Source: Cenococcum geophilum
Taxonomy: Eukaryota
Assembly: GCA_050273025.1 (NCBI GenBank)
Contig: CP158635.1
Location: forward strand, 15,562,001 to 15,626,000
Direction of reading: 5' to 3'
Length of the DNA: 64,000 bases
The stretch's first letter is position 1. Each line of letters opens with the position of its first letter. The translations under genes and the position numbers were made by a program. A model generated the notes under the pieces. The model saw only the letters and a program-made list of their open reading frames with translations. It did no database searches and had not been told where the DNA came from. This document shows, one piece after another, positions 1 to 12,600 of the stretch.

Positions 1-917
1 TAAAAAGATTAATTAATATATATAGTTCTTAGCTATAGATAGGAGTTTTACTTCCTATTTTAATTCGCCTTAAAGTATAATTAAAAACGTATTAAGCTTA
101 CTAGTAAGCTTAACCACTACTATAATATAGGCCTTAAGTCTATTACGATTAATTTTAATAATAGTAATAAGCGGAATATTATTATTTCCAATTCTCTTAA
201 CTAGTAGCTTAAAATTAGTTAAATTCTTTATCTAATAATTACTAGAATTACTTTTAATATATTCTCTATCCTTATAATAAACTCTATATATATAAACGAG
301 CCTTTAATTAAGATAAAAGAATTATTATTATTAAGCGTAATAGACTATTAGCCGATATAATTAAAGTAGATTAATATTAGGAGTAGCAGTTAATTAAAGG
401 CCTTTTATTAAGTAGTTTAATTAACTATATTAACTCTAGTAGAGCTTTAACTATACCTTAGTTAATAAGCTTAAATATTAATCTTATTAGCTATAAGCTA
501 ACTTTAGAGGTAAAAAGGCTAGCTTAGTGGGATATATTTAATAGAGCTTTATATTTAATTAAATCTAATATAGAAATAAAGCCTTTAGAGCCTTTACTAC
601 CAACTATTCTACCTATTTTTTTTTAAAGCTTTTATAGGTATATAGAATAAATTTAGCTATATTTAATTACTATAATAGATAGATTAAGGTTAAATTTTAA
701 TTAGGTTAAATTAATATTTATATATAAAGAGGTACTACTAAAATCCGCAATAAAATACTATAAAGTCTATACTACTTTCCTAATTAGGACAGCTAGCTGG
801 CAGCTTCACAGTCAGCGTACATTGTCCGACAGTCAGCGGGCAGCGAGCGATCCAATTGACGCAGTCAGTCAGCTATTTTTCTCAAGATCGCAGCTAAGCT
901 GACTGTTGGACACACTG
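1..917 (+). mobile_element. 3' end of a RIPed hAT DNA transposon (C-terminal dimerisation domain plus right TIR)
   Basis: 190-405 aligns by eye with the hAT C-terminal domain at 13590-13805. It ends in GCTGACTGTTGGACACACTG (898-917), nearly identical to the right TIR at 14306-14325. The subterminal region is rich in CAGTCAGC repeats. Confidence 0.85.
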
Positions 918-3614
918 CGCAGATACTACTAGTGTAGTAGTTAATTTCGTTAACTAGGATAATGGGCTATAAGTATCTCTAGGAAGGGATATATTCTTAT
1001 TAATCTTTAAGGACATCTCTAACGTTAGTAAAATAGTAAAAGATTAAAGAAATTAGTATAATAAAGCTAGAGAAACCATCCGAAAGTCCTAAGAATAAGG
1101 TGTTTTTAATAGTCTACTTAAACACGCGGTCTTCTATTACTTCCTTTTTACCGTCTAAAAGCTTACCATCTACCCACTTTATAAAGTAACGGCATAAGTT
1201 AATAAGGCCCTAATTAATAGGCTTAAACATTTAGGACGCGGCATTAAGAACACTACTTAACTATAGCTAACTAATTTCGCGCTCGCGCCGAAGATGCTAG
1301 GAAGGGTAATATTAGACTAGGTGGTAAATAAGTATAGCTTAGGAAGACACTTAGCTAGCTTCCTTATTCTAAATAAAAACCTACCGCTAAGAAGTAGGAG
1401 AGTAACTACTATAGGATTAGAGGTTACTAATATTAGAATTAGATAAGTAGGAGAGAGCTTAGCTCTTATACTGTAAATATATTTATAATATACTTCTAAT
1501 ATAATGAATCCTTTAGCCTTTTAGCCATTAACACCTATTTAAGGAGGAGGCGTTAGCATTATACCAAGTCCGTCCTAATAAGGATTATCTATATTAGTTA
1601 ACTCGCCCTTATTATCTATAAATAAGAGCATTCTCGTAGCTAAAACGCCTGTTGGCTCGCCCTTACAGCTACCAGTATCTTTATTAAAAAGGAATCTAAG
1701 AAAAGGGCTAATAATTGCTTACCTAGAAGTAGGAGGGCTAGGAGTAGAATTAATATTTAATAAGAACGTTATTAAGCCGGGAGATAATAAGGAGTATATT
1801 AAGGAGGCCGTAGATACTATAGCGATACTCTGCGTAAAATAAGGGTATAACTATAAGGATAATATACCCGCTTATCTTAAGGCGTCCCTAAACTAAACTA
1901 CTAAAATTAAACCAACTAAGGTTATAAAGCTCTTATATAGTTAGTATAAGATAGCTAGTTCTAATCTAGAGATATATAAGGTCTGCTAGATATATATATA
2001 TAAGCTATAGGAGGATGTATAGGTTTAGCAATAAAGGGTTTAAACTATGCCGCACTGTATTATAGACTCTGTTTAATATATTACGCTTATAACTACCTTA
2101 GCACTATAAAGACCGATCCTACTACGTACTCTTAGTTTAGAAAGGCTTATAGACCTTTAGTTCCGTCTAATTCCTTAGAACTATATAAGTTTATTTATAA
2201 CTTAGCGCTAAGGTTTTTATATAATAGAGAGGCTTTACTTAATTAGATGATATTACTAGAAGACCAAGAAGTATAACAGCGAGAAAGATCTATAATTTCG
2301 AACGTATTTAGATAGTGGTGGGATTTTAGTATCTTAGCGATAATTAATAAGGAAATGTGTATATACCGCTACTATTAGCGTCTAATTAATAGGCGGCCAA
2401 ACTATGGCTAGTTAAGAACAATAGTTTACGGTCTTTACTAATAGGTAATAAGATAAGACCCTTAGTATTATTATCTCTATTACGCTCTTAGACCTAATAG
2501 CTAGTAGCAACTTATTTCCTACCCTTATTATATAAAATTTGCGGTTAAAGGAGACTCTATAGCTTTCCGTTACATTAACGTTAATATTCCCTCGCTCTTT
2601 AAAAGTAGATATAGTGCTAATATAATTTAAGGGAGCGTTTCTCTAAATAATAAGACTAAGGATAATTATATAATTATCCTACCCGGTATATATTACTACC
2701 TAAAATTATAGTAGGAGGATCTTAAGGCGCGAGGATTAACTAAGGGCAACGGATTTATTTATAAGATCTCTAACTAAGACTGGACTACTAAAGACGTAGA
2801 AAAGTATACAACCAACTAGGTAGCTTAGCTATATAAGAAAGGAGATATACGTATAACTATACCTTACCTTCCTTATAGAGCGAAAGGACCTTTAACTAGA
2901 ACCTGGCAAATAATGCTACTATAGTTTATTAGTATTTAGGACAATTATAATAACCTTAAGGTTACTAAAGGAGGTACTTAGGCAGAGTTGGTAGATATGC
3001 ACTAAGACTTAAAAGCGCCGCCCTATACACCATCTAGACATGCCAATCTCTACAGCGCGATTCTATATCGCTTCCCTGTAGTAGTTAAGCTTATAGCTGC
3101 CAGCGCTCTATCCAACGCCCTTCTTAGTAAATGACAATAGGATTCTCTAGTGGTAATTTAAGATCGCAACCTTTTTCTTAATGGTAATAGGAATGAAGTT
3201 AGGAAATAGATACATTCCTACTATTTTAGGGCCGTTAAGAATTATAAAGATATATTTAAGCTAATACGTGCGACTAAAATGGAGCGCTTTAATAGCCGCT
3301 TATACTTCTACTGCGTTAACAATAGAATTGATCCTTTAACTATTACGGTAGATCTAAGTAAAGTACCCCTAATTATTATAGAAGGATAGAGTTATATAGA
3401 GTTGCCTAAAGAGTTATGGGATAGAATTAAGTAAATAGAAGGACGCGAAAGAGCTATATTATCTAAGAGCCGCCAGTCTAATATATCTTATACTGCCTAG
3501 CTAGGCGGATAAGAATAGTCTTATTTAACTAGAACGGAGTCTCCTCGTTTACTATCTCGGGTTTATAGTAAAGGTAAGGAACGCATGCGATTACCTACTA
3601 CGCCTTCGTTTTAA
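918..3614 (+). pseudogene. RIPed long ORF with a PhyH-like 2OG-Fe(II) dioxygenase domain, inside an LTR retroelement
   Basis: The frame runs continuously with RIP-type stops and one frameshift in a (TA)n run at ~1990-2000. De-RIPed motifs: FRHID (2565-2579), IQGSVSLDDE (2625-2654), LPGMH (2679-2693), GDVRITxPHLPHG (2841-2879), RR (2904-2909). Confidence 0.65.
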
Positions 3615-3677
3615 ATATAAGGAGTTTTAGAGTTTCGGAAGTCATTAGGGGACGACAACTTAGGTGGGGGAGGTATA

Positions 3678-3960
3678 TAGTAGTGTAATTTAGCCCCCTA
3701 GATTTAATATTTAGATTAGGCGTAGCTTTAGGAGAGCCTAGGCCTTCTATAAGTTATATAGATTGGTTTAAAGCCCTTAAAGTCTTTAATAACTTAGGCG
3801 ACACTAACAGACACACAATTTTCCTTTAATATACTCTTTTCTTTCTCTTCTTACTACTTAATTCTAACTAATAGTGACTAACTAATAGACTAACCGACCG
3901 ATTAACAGACAGCACTAAGACTTTCTTATCTTAGAGAGGTTGTACCCTTTTACACTATTA
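3678..3960 (+). repeat. 3' LTR of the dioxygenase-carrying LTR element
   Basis: Preceded by a polypurine tract GGTGGGGGAGG (3663-3673). Inverted termini TAGTAGTGTAA...TTACACTATTA. The 3' part (GACCG/GACAG repeats, GACTTTCTTATCT) resembles the solo LTR at 32600-32848. Confidence 0.75.
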
Positions 3961-5099
3961 TTATAAATCGGCTTTATAATTGTACTTACGGACCGTAATT
4001 AAGATATAAATATATTGTACTAGTCCTTAATTAAGTGTAAATAAGTAACCTAAAGTATACTAGCTTCTAAACTATATGCACTAGCCTATAGCTTTAATAT
4101 AGTAGCCGCAATTAAATTAACAGTTTAGAAGATTCTATAGTTGGAGTAGTTACCCCTAGTCTTATATACTGATTTAAAGTCCCTTTATAACTACCTAGTT
4201 AAACTAGGTATAACATAAGAGAAGAGGCTTATGGTCAACCTAATGTGCTTATATTAGGCCTATAAACGACGTAAGATTATAAAGGTTAAATAAATTAGCG
4301 GTGGAAATAACTTAGTAGACGCTATAACTAAGGCAAAGCCGTATTAAGCCCTTAAAACCCTAATTAATATAAATAAGCTTAACCTAAAAGTTATAAAATG
4401 GGTATAATGGGACTAACGGAGTACCTATAGTACGCCTACAGCCTATTAGAAGGCCGTACGGCTTATTATACGGCCTATTCTATAGACTGTAAGCTATTAG
4501 GTAGAAAACGGTAGAAAGCTACGGTGGAAGTTAGTAGACTTATATAACCTGCCAAATTCTGCTATATTCTGCTAGGGTAGTTAAACTAACTAATTATGAT
4601 TTTCTATCCCCAGGATGGAAAATTGCTATTAGCTTACTTAGCACTGGCGCCTTAACGGCCCTTAAGATCTGACTTACAGCTCGTCTACGGCCCGTTAAAA
4701 GGCTGTACAGTTTATTTTACGGACCGTAAGTAGGACTTACGGCTAGCTTGGGGTACTATTTGGAAGGTAGCCTAAAAGGCACCCTAGGAGGGATTTCCTA
4801 TATATTTTCTTATGTGTTTTATGGTTCTATTAAGGCAATTACAGAGGCTATATATAAGTAGTTTTATTTTCTAAGTACCGCTAGTGTATAATTATAGCAC
4901 CTAGTATATAAACGCGTATTTACGCGTTTATACACTAACTACCTACGTGCTAACTAATTAGGGGGGAGGCGCGTCAGTATATAGACTATGTAGTCTACCT
5001 TAATAGAATCGACAGTTACTACCATCTAAATGAGTATACAATACTATACGTATTTCGTGCCCCTGGATATAACTCGCCTTATATTATTAAGTTAATACA
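3961..5099 (+). mobile_element. 3' part of a RIPed Ty1/Copia retrotransposon (RNase H, 3' UTR, LTR 4885-5099)
   Basis: De-RIPed HWSSIKCKRVTRSVLASELYA (~4018-4080) and DSKSLYDCLVKLGTTQEKRLMVD...NPADAMTK (4171-4332) are the fungal Copia RNase H signature. The LTR has TGTAT...ATACA termini. Confidence 0.85.
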
Positions 5100-8000
5100 A
5101 ATAATTACCTCCTTACGCCCTTAACCCTTACGATTAATTACGTAACGTCTTATAGACTCCTTAAATACATACGCTCTATAGCTACTACCCCCGTTTTACA
5201 ATATTACGTTACGCCTTTTTACTACTAACGCTTAGCGTATAACTAATTCTACGTCTTTATAATATTATAGGAGCTACTAAAAGCAGTGTATCTATAAATT
5301 ACCTTACTTTATACTTCTAAGGAACCTATAATAGTAAGATAATATTCCTTACTAGCTACTATATTAAACCTAAAGAACAATTTAATACCTATACTTAACC
5401 TATAACGCCAATCAATCCTAGGAGAATTTAATTTATTAGCCCTAGCCTTAACCCCTAAGGAGATAGACACTAATAATGTCTTATTTTTTATTTATTATAT
5501 AACTATAGATAAGTAAACGGAAGGGTTACTACTTATTAAAATTAAAATATAAGACGCCGAGACGTTTATAAAAATGGTAGTATAAGACCCTAATAAATAT
5601 TACCGCCTTTTATAGAGCTACTACCTAAAGCTTATATAAGCTAAGATATATACTGCCTAAAATCGCGATATTATCTAAGACCTATAAGCTTATAAGGCGC
5701 TCACTGATAATATACGTTAAGAAACTAAAAATAACCTCTGCGTGTCTAAACGCGACGTTTAATAGTTAAAGAAGAATAAGATTATACTAATTGCTACAGT
5801 TACTAAAAAAAGGCATAATTAAATACCTATAATCTTAGCTTAATAAGCATATTCGTAATAATGCTAGATACCTCTCTACTATATATAACGCCACCTAAGT
5901 CTCTATACCCCTAATAACTTTACCTATTTAACACTTAATAGAGGGTTGGCGCTAAGTAGCTTTACCTAATAGGAACCCCTACTAAAGCAGTAATAATAAA
6001 AGCTATAATAATTAGACCTAAACTGCCACTATAGGGTCTAATATATGCTACTCTAATCCCTTAGTCTTTTAGGGAGACTATAAGGAATATAGTTACTAAA
6101 AGATATAAATCCGCGAAAAACTAACTTAAAGCGCCTACCTTTTTCCTATAGAAGACACTAAGATTAGTTACATTATTAGGCGAATAAAGGGTATACTATT
6201 TAATAGACTCTTTGCCTAATAGGAGACTAGTAGCCCCTAAAAGCAGTAGTCTTACTAAAAAGTCCTTAATAACCTCAACCTACTAGCCACTAACCGAGCT
6301 AAACTACGTGCCCTAAAGATAAGCCCTATTAAATTATTTAATAAGTTCTGTATTAAATTCTAAAAATATACTAAAGCCCTTACCTAAGATAATACTAAAG
6401 ACTAAGAGGATTTCCTTAAAAAAGTTACTTATCGCTTTAGTTACGCAGCTACTAGCTATAACTATAACAATATTTATAAAATAGTAGCAGCCCTACGGAA
6501 GATTAAATAACAACTAAATTAGATTACTACTACTAACCTTTACTTAAAGACCTCTCTATAGAAGCCCTCTGGGCCTACTAAACCTATATATACTAAGCCA
6601 CTAACGCCTACTACCTTAAGTACTACTAGAGCTAACATTAACCTCTCTATACCAACCTTTCTGTAAAAACTCCTAGATGGAGAGCGCGAGCTACTCTAAA
6701 AACTAGGACGCTGCTATAAATGCCATTAAGAAGGCTATTATTATAATAACCTAAACTACCTAATAGCTAGGTTTAGTACTTACCGCCTAATACCCAACTT
6801 AATACCCTAAACACTAAATATATTACTACGCGCTATTACCATATAAGATAAAAATATAGTAATAGTAGTAAAATCGAATATAAAAGCAGAAAATACTAAG
6901 TCCTAGCCCTAAGTTATAGGTTAAGACGCCTTAATAATAAAGGGATCTATATATCGGCCTATTTAATAGATAACTTAGTAAAGATAAACAGACGGAAATA
7001 GATAGTTTTACCTATAATAGGAACTACTGCTAAAAAATAATATAAAAGCCGTTCTATAATAAACTACGGAGCTACTAACTAATTTATAGATACCTAACTT
7101 GTGCGTACTTATAACATACCTACCTTATCCCTTACTAAAGCCCGCGCCCTATAACTTACTAATAGTAGTTATACTGTATAAAAGATTACCTATATAGTAT
7201 AACTTTACTTAGATATAAACGGGTACTAGAAAGAGCTCTAAGCCTATATTATACTACTTACTAACTACCTTATTATCCTTAGAATAAGCTAGCTTAAATA
7301 ATATAACCCTACTATTAACTAGGAAAAGAGAGAAGTAACCTTTAACTCTAAATACTATAGAGAGACTTGCCTAGGACATAGCCTAGCCGCCTCTATTTAC
7401 TTACTAGGATATTAACCTAAGAAACCCCTTATTATTCTACCTATAACTAACTACTATTATATAAGTGCCGCAGCCTTCTACCGTATAGCACGTAGGAAAG
7501 GCTAGGCTATTACTATAGCTTTCTAATTATAATTATATAAGCTTAATAAAGAATAAAACTATATTCTCTATAGTAATAAAATAGATATAGTTAACCTTCT
7601 AGAAAATAACGCCCCTATAAAACTTTACGGACTTTTACCTTTAGACTTTAAGAAGTTTATAAAACTTAAAAAAAGACTTACTAATAAAGAACTCCGCAGG
7701 CTCCTTCCTAAGAGGTACTATAACTTTATCGATATATACTTATAAAAGGGCGTAAATATACTCCCCCTACATTAACCTAATAACTATACTATTAATATTA
7801 AACAAGGAAAAATGCTACTTTATAAAAGACCCTACCTAATATTAAAAGACGAACTTTTAGTTATAAAAAAAGTATATTAACAAGTACCTTAATAAAGGGT
7901 TTATTTGTCCTAGTATATTACTAATAGCTACCCCTATCCTTCTTACTAAGAAGCTAAAAGGAGGTATGTAATTCTATATTAACTATAAAGGGCTTAACGC

Positions 8001-9610
8001 CATTATAATTAAAAATTAATACCTAATACCGCTTATATGGGAAACCCTTAAGCGGCTTAGCTAAGCCAAAATCTATACTAAGCTTAATATTATTGCCGCC
8101 TTTAACTATTTCTAAATACAGGAAGGTAATAAATAGAAAACCATATTTGTATTACGCTTTAGCTAATTTAAATATACTATTATACCCTTTAGCGTATATA
8201 ATAGCCTAGGCACCTTTTAAAGTTATATTAATAACGCCTTATAGGACTACCTTAATGACTTCTACTTTACGTACCTGGACGATATACTTATTTATAATAA
8301 TAACCCTTTTAAGTATACTAAATATATTTAAAAAGTCCTATAGCGCCTTAGGGACGTAGGACTTTATATTAATATAAAGAAATGCGAATTTTTAGTTATA
8401 GAAGTAAAATACCTTAAACTAATTATAACTACTAAGGGTGTCTATATAGACCCTAAGAAGGTATATATAATTACTAAATAGTAAGCCCCTAACTATATTA
8501 AGGACGTATAAGCCTTCTTTAGTTTCGCTAACTTCTACTAGAAATTTATATATAACTTCTTAGGCGTAGTAGCACTACTTATAGTAATAATGCGAATAAA
8601 GGGCCTTTTTATAAAAGGAAGAAAAACGCACCTACGCTTTACCTAAACGCCTAAATACGAGAAGGCGTTCTAAGACCTTAAAAATACCTTTACTAAAGCA
8701 CCTATTCTAGCTTACTTTATACTAGGATAATAACTTTATCTTAAAATTAACTCCTTAGACTATATTAATATAGGCGTTCTTTCTTAAATAGGTAATAACA
8801 GTCTTTTTTACCTAGTCGCATTCTACTTATCTAAGCTTATACTATAAAAGTATAATTATAAGATCTATAATAAAGAACTCCTTATAATTATATAAGTGTT
8901 TAAAGAATTCTAACTAGAACTCTTCTTAGTAGAGCCTAACTAACTAACTAAAGTCCTTACAGACCATCGTAACCTTAAGTACTTTATAATTATAAAGTAG
9001 CTAAACTAACGCCAAGTATATTAGAACGAGTTCCTCTCTAGTTTTAACTTTAAAATTATATATAGACTAGAAGTATAAGGTACTAAACCTAATAGCCTAA
9101 TACGCCGCTTGTAAGACCTTCCTTAGTCTAGGGGTAACCCTTATAATTAGTTCCAATAATAGACGATCCTAAAAGCACGAAATTTAGCCTTAGGTATACT
9201 ACCTATAATAGAGCTAATTATACCTTAGCTTTATACTACAGAACTAAAGTTACCTTTTAAAATTAATAAGCTTATTACTACGGTATATAACACCTCTATT
9301 AACCTATTACTATATTAACTTATTACCGCAAAGACCGCTAGCGCCTATACGCTACCTACTAACATCTAAAGCTTAGGCTAGATTAATATAGCAGCCTTAG
9401 AAGTAAAAGAGAATAGGCTCTATTATAGAGGTCGCCTATTTATCCCTAACTTAGAAAATCTATAACGGCAACTAATCTAAATAGCCTACGACCTTTAATT
9501 AAGCGGCTACTTAGGTAGAGGAGGAACCTATAAGCTTCTTAGCCGATACTACTTCTAGCTAAAAATAATAAACTTAGTTAAATGCTTTATAGGCGCCTGC
9601 TATAGTTATA

Positions 9611-12600
9611 AGCAAACCTTTACTACATATACAACCTTACTAAAAGGTAGCACCACTCTCTAAAACTTACGCATACCCATCTTACCATTAAAAACAATCG
9701 ATTTTCTAACTTTTAAGACCTAATTCCTACTGCCTAGCGAGCTAGAGGTGGATTTATTTGTCATTTTACGCCCTTTTCCTAATAGAAAAATTTCTTTAGG
9801 GGTGGCCCTAGCTTATAAGCGAGGCACGGACAGGAATACTAAAACTACTACCACTACTACTAATACTAAAACTACAAAATAGGGGCTAGTTTCTCTACTA
9901 CCTCTTAGCCTAATCTCTCCAGAAATCTTCTAGTAGGATTAGTAAGGAGAAAAGGGTATAAGGATAGTAAAAACTAGAAAAACCCCCCTATAAGACACAA
10001 AATGCCAAGGCCCAGTAGGCCAAAAAAAAACCTCCTATAGAAATAAGTGATAATAAGTCTATATCTACATTTACTTTCTCTAGCCTATTTAGGACAGGAG
10101 AAAAAAGAGGACATCCTTAGTCTTTTACTAAAAAAGAAAACCAAAAACCTGTAAAAAAGATAACTAAACTAATAACTTTTACGGCTGGTATACCTAGTAT
10201 ATCTTTCTCTCCCCTTTCTCCAGAACAATACCTATAAAAGGCTTTAGATAGCCTAACCCAGGCCTATAAAGGGCTAGAAGAAGAAAAAGAAAAAGTTAAA
10301 AAAGAATAAGTTAAACAGCTAGAGGACTATACACGTAGTGTCCTAGTAGGAGAAAACCCCTTTATAAAAGGAAAAGAAAAGACAAAAGATGTCCTAAAAG
10401 GACTAGTTAAAGAAGTAAGAGCTCTCTATAAGGAGGTAGCCTCTACTAAAAAAACCTACGCAGAGAGGCTAAAGAAGGACCTCCCTACTTCGTCCTCTCT
10501 ACCCCTTTGTCACTACCATTTCCTACTCCTTCTACTTCTACTAAAAGTAAGAAAAAGCAGCTATAAGAAAGAAAGCCAGTCTTAATTATAGACTAAAAGG
10601 ATTAACCTTTAAATACCTTCTCTATACGAAACAAAGTCAATTAACTATTTGCATTAATACTGTAAGTAGAAAAACCTATTTTAGTATCTATAACTAGAAC
10701 TAAAGGAAAATAAAATATTCTCCTTATAACTACGGAAGAGTATAATGCGGATTTCCTAGTTAAATATAAGGAAATCTAGCATAACTGCTTTACCTTTTAA
10801 AGAGAATAAAAACTAGAACTATGGGTTTAAATTATAGCCTATAGGGTTCCTACCCTACCTTTCCTAGGAAAAGGAGGCTCTAAGCTTCTAAAAGAAGAAA
10901 TTAAGACCTTTAATCCTATAAGGATATAAGGACTACCTAGATAGATCTTATTTAGTATAAAAAGATATAATCGATAGACCAGATTTAGCTTTATAGTTTT
11001 TACTATAAAGAACAAAGAAAAAAGATAAGAAATCCTTAAGTAAAAAGATATCTTAATTACAGGTACAGCTACTAAGGTAGTAAAATACCTCGAAGTCTTT
11101 CCTACTACGTAGGGTACGAGCTGCCCAGTATGGCTAATAGGCAGCGTTGCTAGCAGCTAGCTGCTTATATAAGCAGTCAGTTAGCGTATATAGTTATAAT
11201 AGTTAGTTAGCAGTAAGACTGCAGCGAGCTGATAGCTCGCTGCATAGGTGGTAAGAAAGGATGGTGTTTTGAAGCTTTTAGTAGAGGTTAAAGATTTAAG
11301 GGTCTTCGGCTAAAATTCGGGCGGGAAACCCCTGGGATATTTATATAAAATAGTATAGTTTTCTCCAAATTCCCCGTCGCGTATATAAACGCGTTTACAT
11401 TAACCTTTTTATTACTACGGAAAATGCAACGTACCTTACATTTTACTAGCTAGCTAACTAGTAGAGCTTCTTCCTCTACTCCTTCCTTATTAAGTTCACA
11501 ATCTACGCGTTAATTAAGCTCTTTAGTATCCCACAGGCGTTACGGATCTACTGCTTCTACTCCCCTTGTAATTAAAGACACGCCCGAATTAAATAAGCAG
11601 AATAACTTTATATTACGAGATTCTCTATTAATTGGCCAGAACTATAGCTGTATCTTTCCTATTAACTAGGACAATTTTTACCTAGGTAAGTACGGTAAGC
11701 TTACTAGTAAATATAGATACTAAATTATTAACAAGCGGTCACTCTTAAAGAACTTTATTATATTAATAATATGGAAGTATAGAGCAGATCTATTCTGGGA
11801 TAGGCTAGAAAGTAAGAAGAGACTCTAGTTGTGTAAAATCTGCCATCTAGCTTAAAGACCAGCTGTATTACTTATAATTAACGGCACGGATTATATCGTT
11901 GGCTATTTAAAATTAAAATATTGTCTTATTCTTAATTACAATAGCTATAGTAGTACTCTATAAGCACTATCCAAACTAAATGCTTAAGTCTCTCCTATAC
12001 CCAGCGGCAGCGAACGCCAGCTGTTTTAGGTAGCTGGCTATATACAAGCCTATGTTAATTAGACGATCCTATAGGATATTATATTTCGGCAAGCTATAAG
12101 TACTTATACCCGCGTATTGCTTATATTTAACCGTCCTTAAATACAAGAGTGTCTTATATATTCGCATATATTACTAAGTAACTAGATAAAATCTATCTTT
12201 AAGCACCAACGCTTTAATATTAAAGACCTCCTCCTTACCTTATAAAGTAAAATCTATATTAGCTGCGATATCTAAACGTTAATAAATGGAATATTACTAC
12301 TTAGTATAGTAGCCCACTTAGTTAATAAAGGTAGTAAGTTATAATTAATCCTTATAGGACTTCCGCGGATATAAGGATCGCATATAGCTAAGAACGTGGT
12401 AATAGCTTTAGCAACGGTTATTTAGAAGTATTAATTTAAACACAAGCTTAGCTATTTAATAGCTGATAACGCCACTAATAATAACGAGCTCTATGAACAC
12501 CTTTTACAAAGCCTTATAGTGGCAAAAAGGGAACAACTCTAGTGTGTTGACTATATTATAAACCTCGTTGTTAAGGCCTTACTATATGGCAAAGGTGTTA

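Noticed and set aside
918..3614. env-like gene in the LTR element 3' region
   Set aside because: No signal peptide or transmembrane anchor is evident. The motifs fit a 2OG-Fe(II) oxygenase better.
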